A stretch of 45,811 nucleotides of DNA from Nemertoderma westbladi. Lineage: Eukaryota > Animalia > Xenacoelomorpha. The DNA lies in the NCBI GenBank assembly GCA_032718475.1, contig JAUCBJ010007736.1:1-45811 (forward strand). The letters are read 5' to 3'. The notes below the pieces were generated by a model. The model was not told where the DNA came from and searched no databases. It was given only the letters and a program-made list of their open reading frames with translations. Made by a program: the position numbers and the translations under genes. Below, piece by piece: positions 1 to 11,957 of this stretch; the stretch's first letter is position 1; every line of letters begins with the position of its first letter.

Positions 1-499
1 ACCGGGCTATAAAATGTTGTACAAATACCGGGGGGGGGGGTCATATTGACCCCCCCTTCTAAAATCTACAAATATTTACGAAAACGTCTGATTTTTTGTT
101 TGTACGTAGGTATCACTTGTCTGGATCCGACCGAAAAAAAAATTTCGAAAAAATGTACTGGGGTGGTTATATTGCGGCACCAAAATTACAAGTAGTGCAC
201 AATTTTCACAAAATTTGAAAGTTACATTTTCGGCTAATTATTTTTCAATACAGGTTTTCTGGGGTGTAAAATACATTGGAAAATATTTAAAAATGATATG
301 ATTACTATAAATGGCTGTTTAGTCCTCTCTGCGTAGGAAAAAAATGAAAAAAACAAGTAACCAGCACTTTTCAGTTAGAACACAAAATTTTTAATTCACT
401 TATACGATGCTATAAATTCACATTTTCAGGTTTTCGAGGGCGCTGATTCTAATGGAATACATTTCTAATATGCCAGATCATTGCTACTTGTATTTTTCG

Positions 500-1290
500 G
501 CGTAATTTGGCAAATTTTGGTGCTAGCACCAAATTTCGTACCCATCACCAAAAAGTACAAGTTTGCGATGTCCAGTACTGTTTTTATTGATTCCATCGGA
601 TTCAGGACCCTCATAAACCCGTATAACGCAAGAAACAAGGTGATACTATCTACTGATCAATTTGCATATTTTCCAAAATTTGGTGCTGGCACAACAATTT
701 TCACCCACCGGCGAAAAATACAAGTTTGAGAACTCTTATGAAATTTTTACTGATTCCATTAAATTCAGAACCATCACAAACCCGTATAACGCAAGAAACA
801 AGGTGACACAATCAATTGATATATTTGATGGTTTTCAAAATTTGGTGCTAGCACCACATTTTGCACCCACATCCGAAAAATACAAGTTTGAGATGTCTAG
901 TTCGATAATTATATATTCCATTTAATTCAGAACGGCCATAAACCTCTAAAACGCAAGAAATAAATTGTCACAAGCAATTTTATCTATTGAATGGATTTTC
1001 AAAATTTCGTGCTAGCACCAAAATTTGCACACAGCACCGAAAAATACAAGTTTGATACTCTTGGTGCAACTCGTATATATTTCATCGAATCCAGAACCCC
1101 AAAAAACCCCAATTGCGTAAAAAACAAGTTTCAAACAATCAATTTACAAAATTGACGTATTTCAAAATTTGGTGCTGGCACCAAAATTTGGCACCCACCG
1201 AAAAAAACAAGTTTGAAATTTCTAAATCAATTTATATGAATTCCATCCAATTTCTAACCCCAAAAAACCGGTGTAAATCAAAAATAGAGA
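500..1290. repeat. Degenerate tandem repeat, about 163-bp unit x5, inside the MITE
   Basis: AAAATTTGGTGCT(A/G)GCAC...AAAAATACAAGTTTG recurs near 517, 680, 841, 1005 and 1168. Confidence 0.85.
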
Positions 1291-2253
1291 TGTTACAATT
1301 CATATTTAATGAAATGTAATTTTCAAAAAACGTCTCAAAAAAAGTGCCAAAAGTAGGGTTAAAAAATGGTGCTATAACTCGAAAAGTACAAAAAAATTTT
1401 TTGAAAACGGTTTTCACTACTAGGAAGACAATAGATTTTTCGGAAAAGTTATAAAATTTAAGATTCCCAACTGCGTTTGTTTCAGAATTATAATAAAAAA
1501 ACCACGGAAGGTGTCATATTGACCCCCCCCCCCCCCGGGTTTAACCCTTTGAGGACCGCAAGGGTTCCAGAAGTGCCACATTTGATTCAAGTGAATATTT
1601 GGGGTCAAGACCCATATAAAAACATAAAAACAAAAGGACTTTGAAAAATTTCAATGCCTTCATAGAAATCTGAGCCGGGATCCCGGAGTCCCTATGGTCC
1701 TTAAGGTGAACCTGGGCATTTTTCAATAAAATCAACGAAAAGGTAGAAATTGTTGGAAATTATGATGAACTGGTCAGTCCAAAATAGCTGGCAGTATATG
1801 TGTACACAAAAACGTGCCAAGAAGAAGGTCCAAGGTTTTAGGAATTCCTGGAAATTCTGAAAAACAGCAGAAATTTCTGAAAAAAATTTAAAAAAATTAA
1901 CGATTGCGAAAATAGCTAAAATTATTATTAACTGGAAAGTGGAAATGCAAGCTAGAGTAGGGCCATTATATTATATACCAAAGTAACAACTATTTTTAGT
2001 TAAACTAAATTTAGCACAGGTAGGCCGATAAACAATATAGGCTACTGAGAAAATTACAAAAGAATGAAATTATGAAAATTATTTATAACTGGAAATTCCC
2101 ACTAAGAACTATTATATACAGGTACCGCCGGGTACCAATGTAACAATTATTGCAGATTATAATAGTAGAATCAATCTAGGCCCTATATAGTATAGATCTA
2201 TATAGAAACCTATATAATCAAATTAGGCCTATACAACAGTTAAAGTTTAGACT

Positions 2254-3200
2254 AATTATGGTACTCTTCGAAGCAATTGCGAGCATTGATTCCGGGATTA
2301 ACGTGTTTGGGGGCCTCCACATAATACAGTAAAACTGTCAGGCTGTTAGCCTAATATATAAGTAACACACGTCATACTGTAAACCAATTGAGGGAAAGGA
2401 GCAGGTTACAGAGGCAGGCTTTTCTAACCAAAACAATAAACGGCCACTTTCTGACTTTACCACAGTACCGTTACAGTACGTGGAGGCCCTGAAACACGTT
2501 AGTCCTGCGATTCCAGATACAGAGATACAATGCAAAAATGTACTTGACAGGCTTTACATCTAATATTATCGATCTTCTGCTTAGCACACTGGGCACATCT
2601 GCCTCGCCCATCATCTAGCTGAGGCATGTGGGCATTCAGAGCATAAGAAACAATTGGTGGAAGAATCTTCTTGCGGTAATTGGTGGGAGCTTCCCTAGTA
2701 CGGCTGCAGAAGTTTCCAATAGACACTGTTCGAGATTAAGTTTATAATCTAGCAGTCGGGACTTTTCACTGGTTAGTTGTTCCTGGACTCGGAAGGAATT
2801 AACAACACTGACATCCAATAGATCAAATATTAATCGTAAATAAAACCGGAACCTGGACTTTCGATACAACTCGTAGCTGGCCTTCATCTGATCACAGAGA
2901 TCTACCCCACTCACGACTTGGTTGTAGACTTGGACTGATTTTGGACAATAGTATGGACAGCTTATCAGAAGTCCCAGCTTGGTGTTTGGCGCCTCTTTAC
3001 AACTACAGTTTCTCTAGGGTTGATGAAATTATCCAACATATAAACAGAACGATTATCAACCCACTTGGTGGCGACGAGTGATCCTGAAGCAACGCCAATC
3101 AATATCTCCTCTCTTAATTTCCTTATCATCTTTGAGCATATCAACAGGAAATTGTTTGCGGTTTACTCGACAAGTACCCACTTGATTACAAGTTAATTTC
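2254..3200 (-). pseudogene. piggyBac transposase, C-terminal half, frameshifted
   Basis: Motifs GTCRVNRKQFP, WVDNRSVYML, GVDLCDQMKASY...LIFDLLDVSVVNSF, and the Cys-rich tail RCAQC...CKACQVHFC...RNCFEEYHN* are spread over several frames. Confidence 0.85.
2293..2507. mobile_element. 215-bp MITE inserted in the transposase Cys-rich tail
   Basis: About 28-bp imperfect TIR (CGGGATTAACGTGTTTGGGGGCCTCCAC / GTGGAGGCCCTGAAACACGTTAGTCCTG) with GATTC repeated on both flanks. It interrupts the coding remnant. Confidence 0.75.
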
Positions 3201-4146
3201 AGTTAATTTTTGGACAAGATTAGGACTAGTGAATAATTTATCAGAGCCAGAGGCAATGTAATGTAATGAATACCAGTAGTATAGCCTAGGCTGCTAACCT
3301 ATGTCCTGTATGAATAGAATATCTGAACATAGGCCTATATAACATTAAGTTACTAATAGTTGGGCCAAATTATTACCTACAGCCGGCCCGGCCCTACTTA
3401 GCAGCCCTGGTTAGGCTGTTTAGCTACTACTGTAACAAGTAGCTAATTCAGTAATTGAATTCCGTCGGCAATAGGCCTGACTGCCAGACAGCTGATACAG
3501 TGACCGGTAAAGATGATTGAGAAAACGAACCACCTTAAATGAACGGGTAGGCTAATTTGTAGACAATGAATGTATCTGTAAGGGCCATTAAACGCAGCCA
3601 ATCATCGCCGATACCTTGAAAACACTGTCCGGTGTTCAGACAGGCATGTGCATTGAACAACAAGATGATGCAACCAAGCACATCCTGACTTTGGAGAACA
3701 AGGTACCGATGGCGACAGAAGTCCTGTTATTTCAACTCATTTGATTAAAAAGTTACTTACGGACAGCGGGACTCCCAGATCCCGCAAACGGAAACAGCTG
3801 GCATTTTTTCCCTGTAATATGTATAAAAATTTTGTTTGTTGTTTTGAATAAAGGGAAGGTGTGTCTATTTAATTTCAGTAATTACTGCACTTAATGACTA
3901 ATTGTATCAGAACTACAGTTCTCCAAACATTGTCAAAGTAAAAAAAATATTATTCAAATTTGAGATTATACAAAAACTTAACAAATAATAAAATTTGTGA
4001 AATTTCGCTGGGATGAGTTGCTCTCATCTATAATTAGTCCACTAAAACAAATATTTCGTCCGAAGTGCGAAAATCAACTTCAGGAGCTTAGCTTTTGTGT
4101 TTGGGACTCCGGAGTCCCGCAGTCCGCAAAGGGTTAATAGGGTTAA

Positions 4147-5206
4147 TGCAAGTCTGCATCAATCACCTACTTCGCCCTGGGTCTATAGCAATAGTGTTAA
4201 CCGAAATTCCGTCCATCTTCAGGATTTTATCTCTGGAAATGGATTGTTTTCGGCTGGAACCCAGTTCAAGAAGCGAACTGGAAAGCTATGGACTCATAGT
4301 GGACCCAGTGGTCACAAGTCCCAGATAGACCATATCCTGTTTCGTAGGAAATACAGGAGCTCAATACAAGACTGTAATGCATTTACACTACGACCCTTCT
4401 CCATTGATCACCGCCTTATTGTGGCCAAGCCAAGATGACTTAGGATTACTCTCAAAATCACTAGAGGGAGCCCAACGGCTCCTCAGCTCATTAGAACATG
4501 CTGCTTCTAGTGTTGGTCTTTTTATTAACTCCAGAAAGACCAAAATTTTGACAGTTAACTTTGAAAGTCCTCAGCAGGTCTCTGATCGCATGAGCATAAG
4601 CTCAAAAGATGGTATGCTTAAGCATGTGGATGACTTCTGTTACCTGGGATCATGGATCCGGAAGTCAGGTGAGGACCTTCGAATACGTAAGGAAAAGGCA
4701 TGGGCAGCCTTGAATAGGCTTTCCAGGATTTGGAAGTCAACGAGAATTAATCGGAAACTAAAGGTCCGATTATTTAGAGCAGCAGTAGTTCCAGTACTCC
4801 TCTATGGGAGTCCATGCTGGGCTCTAACTGCTGAGGACACCAAATCTCTGGATGGCACATTCACAAGAATGCTACGCCGGGTTCATTGTGTCAAGTACAA
4901 TGCACACATCTCCAACCAGACACTATATAACATTGGAGGTGTCTCATTGGTTCCCCCAGCTTGACACTAGAACAAAATCGCCTCCGCTTTGCAGGACATT
5001 GCTTTCGCCGTGAGGACCAGCCAGTGCATAATCTTGTATTTTGGCAGCCTCATGGAGTGAATAAGCATGGTGGACAGCCCATGACTTTCTTGAGACGCAT
5101 CTTAAAGGACACTGGCCTTGAAGATACGGATGATCTAGCAAATGTCATGGGTGATAGGGAGTTGTGGCGGTGCAATTTTGTCGATAAGCCGGCACAGCAT
5201 TCTTAA
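4147..5206 (+). pseudogene. RTE-like non-LTR retrotransposon remnant (end of AP endonuclease fused to end of RT), internally deleted and frameshifted
   Basis: Endonuclease motifs WTH...SQIDHILF...IDHRLIVAK abut the RT motifs DDLGLLS, VGLFINSRKTK, FCYLGS, LKVRLFRAAVVPVLLYGS and RLRFAGHCFR. Confidence 0.85.
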
Positions 5207-5244
5207 AAATGCAGCTGCAATGCAGCATGCCGATCCTAGTAGTA

Positions 5245-6590
5245 ATTAATTGGATAAAATTTTTTTTGTTTTTTTTTATACATTTCAAGGAAATGTAACA
5301 ATTTTTTTAATACAATTAATTTTATATACAATTTTTAGCATACAATTTTTTTGTATTAAATTTTTTGTATACAATTAATTCTATACATTTTTATTGTTTT
5401 TGTATACATTTCAAGGATTTGTAGAGTTAAGCAGCTACGCCTTAACCATGTGCATCAAGTGTATAATGGTAAATGTCCCAATTACCTAAAACAAAAATTC
5501 AACAGAGTACGCGATACTCACTCTTACCTCCGTGTGCAATGTAAAAATAGGTACAATAGTGCTACAGTAAGTTTTTTAGTTTATTAATTATTTACTATTT
5601 ATACTGTAATTACGTTTTTAATAAATTGTTCTGTACATTACATCTTTATCTTTGAGTCGGACATTGTCACGCTCTCGGTAAAGTTGTACATGTACATAGT
5701 GTAATTACGTTTTATATTGGTTTTAGGTTAGCGTAGTGTAATATTGTATTTGTAACCAAGTAACATAATGGACCCCCTTGGAAATAAGCTGCAAAGCTTT
5801 AGGGGTAATCCTATATGTTATGTTGGACAATACCTTTATATCGGTACATTGTTTGGTGTATTTGTTATTGTTTTTACATAATGTATAAATAAATCTATCT
5901 ATCTTGTATACAATATTTTGTAAACAATTTTTTGTATACAATTATTTGCATACAAATTTTTGTATACAATTTTTTTAATACAGTTTTTATATTACAATTT
6001 TTTCTATACAATTAATTAATTGTATAAATTGGCGAACTCTGGAAGAGTTGCTCTGCATGGGTTGCATAGAAACCCATGCAGACAATTAATTGTATTTGTT
6101 TTTTTACAATTTTTTTTGTTTTTTTATACATTTCAAGGAAATTTTTTTTTGAACAATTTTTTGTATAAAATTAATTGTATTGTAACTTGTTTTTATATAT
6201 ATTTCAAGGATTTGTATACAATATTTTGTATAAATTTTTTTGCATACAATTTTTTGAATACAATTTTTTGTATACAGTTTTTTGAATACAATTTTTTCTG
6301 TACAATTAATTGTATAAATTGGCGAACTGTGGAAGTATTGCTCTGCATGGGTTGCATACAACCCATGCAGACAATTAATTGTATACTTATTTTTATTTTT
6401 ATATACATTTCAAGGAATTGTATAAAACATTTTGTATACAGTACAATTAATTTGTACACATTTTTTTTTGTTTTTGTAAACATTTCAATGATTTGTATAC
6501 ATGTTTTTGTATACAATTTTTTGTATACAATTAATTGTATAAATTTGCGAATAGTGGAAGTGTTGCTTTGAATGGGTTGTCCAGCATGTC
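5245..6590. repeat. AT-rich degenerate repeat region (TTTTGTATACAATT units, plus a roughly 50-bp motif x3)
   Basis: AATTGTATAAATT(G/T)GCGAA...GGAAG.(G/A)TTGCT.TG.ATGGGTTG occurs near 6018, 6308 and 6533 within TGTATACA-rich sequence. Confidence 0.75.
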
Positions 6591-7324
6591 GCCTTAGTGG
6601 AGTGGCCAAATAGAATGATCGGATGAACCAATAGAAAAGTAGCGATGGCAGGATTTCTAATCAAACCACATCTGATATTTTTTTGTGAAATTGCGGAGAT
6701 AAAGTATTGGTATTTATTATTATAGTTATTTATATGGCCTATTTTCCAATAATTTCTTATTTAATTACTTTTCTTCCCTAATTGTTGATATTTTTTCCCA
6801 CTATACAATATAATTGTTTCCCCCAAACTGAAGCGTTACCGGAAGCTGGCTGCTTATCTGTAGTGTTACTTGAACAAGGGAGAGGGAAATATATCCAGCA
6901 ACGAATTGTTCTAGATGCAAATTTACAAACACCTAAATTAGGCAGTAAAACTAATAAATTACCTTTATTTTGTAATGCAGTAGGCGGCCTACAACATAAC
7001 ATAGCACCAATTATGATGCAGAATGTGTTGTACAGTATGTGCGGGATTGTATTACATATTATGTACAGTAGTTGTATACCAGTAACTCATTTTAAATTAT
7101 ATTATTGATCTGCTTCTGTGCTTCAAAACACTTTTCTCTTATAAAAATCGTCATCTTAACTGTACTCGCGCCATGGGGTTTCCATTGAGTTCTTCGTATA
7201 GTATAGTTATTCTCTACAGTGAAGAATTACTCAACCATTATTACCCTGTTGCAAAGTCCACTACAGCATGGCAAATTGGATATGAGATTAAGCAGTTGAT
7301 AGCACAGTAGAGGGTGGTCATGGT

Positions 7325-7966
7325 GAAGATGGCTCTGAAGGGCCATCGCATAATTATATTTTTTTCTTCATAACTGAAAAGTCGTGCGCACGAGATTTAA
7401 GAACTAAAAAGTCGTGCGCACGAGATTTAAGATCTGAAAAGTTGTGCACACGAGATTTAAGAACTGAAAAGTTGTGCGCACGAGATTTAAGAGCTGAAAA
7501 GTCGAGTATGAGATTTTATTTTCAGCTCTTAAATCTCGTGCGCACGACTTTTCAGTTGTTAAATCTCATGCGCACGACTTTTAATCTCTTAAATCTCGTG
7601 CTTACTACTTTTCAGATCTTAAATCTCGTGCACACGACTTTTCAGCTCTTAAAACTCGCACTACATTTCAGTTTTAAACTGAAATCTCGAAATCACGAAT
7701 CGGAATCACGAGATTTTATTTTCAGCTCTTAAATATCGTGCGCACTACTTTTCAGATCTTAAATCTCGTGCACACGACTTTTCAGCACTTAAAACTCGCA
7801 CGACATTTCAGTTTTAAACTGAAATCTCGAAATCACGAATCGGAATCACGAGATTTTATTTTCAGCTCTTAAATCTCGTGCACACGACTTTTCAACTCGT
7901 AAATCTCGTGCACACGATTTTTCGTGAAAAAATATAATCATGCGATGGGCCTTCAGAGCCACCATA
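7325..7966. mobile_element. Foldback-type non-autonomous DNA transposon, possibly IS3EU-like
   Basis: About 40-bp TIR (TGGCTCTGAAGG.CCATCGCAT.ATTATATTTTTT). Right end is ...CCATA. 6-bp TSD CATGGT at 7319-24 and 7967-72. Internal 30-bp units run in opposite orientation in the two arms. The superfamily call rests only on the TAYGG end and the 6-bp TSD. Confidence 0.75.
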
Positions 7967-8870
7967 CATGGTCACGGTAGATTAATATACCAAATTGGTA
8001 GGCAAAATTTATAGGCAAAATTAGTATACCCTGAAACCACTCTCGGCGGCCATGATGAATCGGAACTGTTTCAATGGATCATGTTACAGTGGTACCTTAA
8101 GGGTACCAGTACCCCTTAAGGTGCAATTTTTATTGATGATTAAATCGTTTTGATGGATGAGAATCAGAAGTACAGTACATTTTACCAATTCCATATCATT
8201 TTACCAACTAGTCTCAGGAAGTTCCCAGAGGTTTCCACTGGCCAAGAGCTGGCCAAGAACCCTCAAGAGTGACAGCAGAGGAATATTGAAGGTTTATCAT
8301 TAAATTCAAATCAGGAGTGCCTAACTTTCACAAGATGATTCCTTCTTTTTGATTGGAAATTGTGATTAAATTAATACACAACATTTTTTAACCGCACATT
8401 AGGCCTACTGCCATATAAATATCGTTCCATATTGTTTGTGTGTTTATAAAGCCTTTTACAGATTATCAATTATTCTTTATAATATATTTCAAATCGTTTT
8501 CAGTTCCTGACTAGGCCTATCTATGGTGTAAAGGACGCCATTATCTATCTTATATACATAAACTAATAAGGAGCACGTACCTACGTGGGAAGAAACCTCA
8601 TTAAATAATTTATATTTGAAATTGAAGGGGGATTCAGGAAGCTGAGAAATCAAGTAGTCACGCGGTTAAACTACGGTAAAACTCGGAACAAACAGATCAA
8701 ACCAAGAGTTTATTTCATATCAATGTTTTAATAAATTTTAAATGATAAATGGCTACTGCTACTGATAAATGTTTCGAGCCCAGTAAATAATAACACAGCT
8801 CCTGCCTGTGCTCTTCCGACTGAGCTAAAATTTTGCACTTCTTTTGTAATATTTAATTACTTACTTAATG

Positions 8871-8952
8871 TAATATTTAATTAAATACTAATTTAGTGAT
8901 ATAAAGTACTATAATATTTAATTAAATACTAATTTAGTGATATAAAGTACTA
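8871..8952. repeat. Perfect 41-bp tandem duplication
   Basis: TAATATTTAATTAAATACTAATTTAGTGATATAAAGTACTA x2. Confidence 0.9.
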
Positions 8953-9471
8953 TATAATAATGAGAGAAAGCGTTGGTATCTAGTATCCAAACCAACACCC
9001 AACCCAAATATCCCCAGGCCAGTTACCAAAGATAAGAATAAAAATACGCATTAGTCGGAGTCCATTCAAAATTATTTTGGTGTAAAATGGTGTTGAAGTA
9101 AAGAAAAACACAAAGTTGCATTGTTCGAAAGCGCAATTATTACTAGTACTATATCAGTTTTCAATGAAGATGGTCAAACAGAATGGTAGCATTCGGTATC
9201 GTTGTGATGATGAATGTCACGAAGTAAATAATGCCTAAAGCCGCCCAGTGTCCTAATACTTTAGTGTTAATAATCACTAGAAAAAGGAAAACCCAGAATT
9301 CTTCAATAAAATACACATATAAATACGCATAATGTTTAAAGGATTTCACGCATCACTCGGATTAAATAACGAGGTCTTCCTTCTAAAAACAATTGCGTTC
9401 GGCTTGAGTTAATTTGTATGCGATCCACTCTTTTATGTCGGTTAGCGAGTTGACACAGATGTTTATGTATC

Positions 9472-10673
9472 TGTTCGCGCTTTCAGACCTTTGGCAGTTT
9501 AACCCGCCAAATTAAGATGTCTTCTAGATATTAAATCGCTTTTTAGCCTATGACAAGTATTTGATTCACTACACTAGTCGAAACCAATCCGTGCGCGACC
9601 ATTCACCCGCTGGATATTCCCGGGAGATTGGGTTCGACGGTTTAATTTTATTGCTATGTAAGCTTAATGTATTATTCGACTGACAGTATTATATAATCTC
9701 TGACAATATTATTTACCTTCGGGAATATTAACAGTTCCTTTAGGACGTGGCGCTTTATCTATATAAACAGAGTTATGACTTAAACTACTCACAACGATAT
9801 GGCTTAATTATAATTCACATATATGGCGCATTCTTTAGGAATTGCTTCTTTAACAGGCTCGCTCATACGCAATGCTGCACAATACTGCACACTAATCTGC
9901 CAATCTTCACTGATTTTAATCACATATAAAAGGAACACAGACTGACTCATGTAGGGTCTATCAAATAACATTAGATTCACTTCAAACCACTTTAACATAA
10001 GTCACAATCGTTATTGGTAACCTTTCTCTCTTACCTTCGGTATATCAAGAATATTGGGTATCGGGGTTATTTCTCGTTATTCCAATATAATAATTCATCA
10101 ACAAATATAATGAATAACCGACAACAAATAGCAGTATACAATATTGATTGAGCAGGTAATTTTAGCAGTTTCAGCAGTTATTAAAAGCCGTGTGGCAGCA
10201 GTTGCTGTCGCCAGGCAGCCAGTTAAAGGATATATGTCCTTGTAATTAAACCTACTAGTGTTGAGCTAAAAAGCATAAAACATAAAACACTAAAAAGCCG
10301 TTCTTTCGTGGCTTTGAAAAACTCGTGACTACTGCTCTATACGAGGATACCAACTCCCTTATTCCACGAAGCTCCCGTTCAACACAGAGAAAGAGCAGTG
10401 AGATAGGAAATTTTCAGTTCAGTACTCTGTGATAGGTCAAAATCAAGGCTAACTCAAATTCTATTGGGAGATACAACACAAGGCTATGACGCAACCTCCC
10501 TAGGCTTGTTGGCCGATTAAACAGAGCCCAGATGCCTGCGTATAGCAAATCAGCCAATAAGCTGGTAACTTGCACTATTTTTAGTTATAGATCACTTTGA
10601 GAGTATTCTTAGCGACTGGGGGGGAACTGGCCAACAAGGCAAACTAATCAGTTATCCCACAAAAGCTTTTACA
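9472..10673 (-). repeat. 3' LTR of element 1 (1202 bp)
   Basis: Direct repeat of 25693-26911, with about 20 substitutions by eye, a 1-nt indel and a roughly 18-nt indel. Sense termini are TGTAAAAGC...GCGAACA. Confidence 0.95.
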
Positions 10674-10682
10674 CCGCTCCCA
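10674..10682 (-). other. Putative short polypurine tract
   Basis: Sense TGGGAGCGG immediately precedes the TGT start of the 3' LTR. Confidence 0.55.
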
Positions 10683-10751
10683 GAAAATGGGATTTAAGTC
10701 TATAAAATATACAAAATCACAGTTTCTAAAATATAAAAATACTCTAAACAG

Positions 10752-11957
10752 TTAGTCTTTCTTGCGCGGACGGCGTTTACGCAGTTTCTTAAGATTAACA
10801 AGAGTCCTTTTCTCTTTGGGGCGAGCCACTTTACGAGGAGGGCTGTAGCTCCTAGGCGAAGGGTGCAATATAATTGCATCAGAGGGTGCAGGGTTACGAT
10901 CGGTATACCCGCCGGTCGAAGTACCTGGTTGATTAATATCAATCTCAGGGGAGTGAGGTCTAACGGCCTTTAGAGCGCGTCTCAGGACAGCAGCTCCTAC
11001 GGGTCCTTGACGGATCGTCTGGACACTAGCGGTGGGTGGACCGTGAGTGGTGAGGAACTTTCTCGGTTTAATGGTTCTCTCCAGCTCGCGTTCTCGGGTT
11101 CGGTATTCATATGGGCGCCGAGATACTTCCTGGAGTTCAGGATGCGAGTTCACGAAAATGTCGCCATACTCAGGGTCCTGACGGATAAAATTGATCAGGT
11201 GATATGTGGTTATATCATTAGGGTTAACGTTTCTAAGGTATTTCCTGACAAACTTGGTGGAAATACACTCACCAACACGCTTCATTAACTCGTAACTTGG
11301 TACGCGTGTTTTCTGTTCAATCGACGCGAATAGATAAGGATGGAACGCGTAAACTCCCTCGTAAGCTCGTCCAGGGTAATAGCGATGTCTGGATTCGCAA
11401 TGCAAATCCGCGTTCGCTTCCCAAGCTCGGATGTATCGCAGGGTGATCATCTCGTCTACGCTCTCTAAATCGCGATTAAAGGGACAATTGTAACTTTCGT
11501 GTCCTTTAAGTTGGCAGTAGTGACATTGAGTCATAAATTGTGGGCAGACGGCAAATATATGAGAGTTATTAAGCCGGCAATAAGCACAATATATTTCCAT
11601 CATCGGTTGTTCGAGGAAATAGGAACAAGGTACGCTCGAGTCTAGAGGAGTGAAGTGGTCTCTCGATGCGCATAATCGACAACGTTTTCGGGAAACGTAG
11701 TTGGCGTGTCGATAATCGTACGCTGTGAGACGCTGTGGACCTTGATACCACTCTATGACATAATCATTGTCACTGCTCCGAGAAGCCGTAGGTTGAATCG
11801 CTTCGGATTCCAAGCATACTGGTTCATCCTCCAGCTGCATAGACGAAGTTGGTGCGTCGGTTTCCGTAAGTGGACCCACTGTCTGTATTTCCACGACAGA
11901 ATAACCTGTAGGTATTCGGGTCTTTGTATAACGGATGAATGTGAGTTCTGTATACAA
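10752..11957 (-). CDS. Accessory ORF D: protein with three CCHC-type zinc fingers and a basic NLS-like C-terminus (true start uncertain)
   Basis: 401 open codons. Motifs CRLC-x4-H-x9-C, CAYC-x5-H-x4-C and CHYC-x3-GH-x4-C. Ends KKLRKRRPRKKD. Same strand as gag-pol. Confidence 0.8.
   Translation of the reverse strand: MYTELTFIRYTKTRIPTGYSVVEIQTVGPLTETDAPTSSMQLEDEPVCLESEAIQPTASRSSDNDYVIEWYQGPQRLTAYDYRHANYVSRKRCRLCASRDHFTPLDSSVPCSYFLEQPMMEIYCAYCRLNNSHIFAVCPQFMTQCHYCQLKGHESYNCPFNRDLESVDEMITLRYIRAWEANADLHCESRHRYYPGRAYEGVYAFHPYLFASIEQKTRVPSYELMKRVGECISTKFVRKYLRNVNPNDITTYHLINFIRQDPEYGDIFVNSHPELQEVSRRPYEYRTRERELERTIKPRKFLTTHGPPTASVQTIRQGPVGAAVLRRALKAVRPHSPEIDINQPGTSTGGYTDRNPAPSDAIILHPSPRSYSPPRKVARPKEKRTLVNLKKLRKRRPRKKD

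Larger units (their letters stand above)
1545..4133 (-). mobile_element. Degenerate piggyBac DNA transposon
   Basis: TIRs CCCTTTGAGGACCGC (1545) and GCAGTCCGCAAAGGG (ends 4133) match 13/15 as inverted repeats. TTAA flanks both ends (1541-44, 4134-37). Subterminal GGGA...TCCC palindromes near 1677, 3768 and 4103. Transposase remnants inside. Confidence 0.9.
1..4146. mobile_element. Non-autonomous TTAA-type (piggyBac-like) MITE; left end just outside the window, right terminus split by a piggyBac insertion (own sequence 1-1544 and 4138-4146)
   Basis: Palindromic G(n)TCATATTGAC(n) motif near both ends (about 30-56 and 1511-1536). Removing 1545-4137 restores a ...CCCGGGTTTAATAGGGTTAA terminus. 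No coding capacity. Confidence 0.7.

Noticed and set aside
481-1735. Short ORFs in the first MITE and piggyBac end
   Set aside because: They derive from the 163-bp tandem repeat and non-coding termini.
5723-6609. ORFs of 72-183 aa on both strands
   Set aside because: They are translations of AT-rich low-complexity repeats.
7375-7925. 30-bp periodic array resembling a CRISPR array
   Set aside because: Units are contiguous with no unique spacers, invert mid-way, and lie within TIRs and a TSD. No cas genes, and the context is eukaryotic.
8092-8124. Small inverted repeat GTACCTTAAGGGTAC..GTACCCCTTAAGGTGC
   Set aside because: Isolated, with no context to assign a function. Possibly a transposon footprint.
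9161-9470. Hydrophobic 62-aa ORF and a faint L2/CR1-like peptide (SLTDIKEWI) next to the 3' LTR
   Set aside because: Too short and degenerate to support a call.
9747-9998. Short ORFs inside the LTRs (also 25968-26218 and 39133-39396)
   Set aside because: The two LTRs of element 1 differ by a frameshifting 1-nt indel here, so the frames are not maintained.
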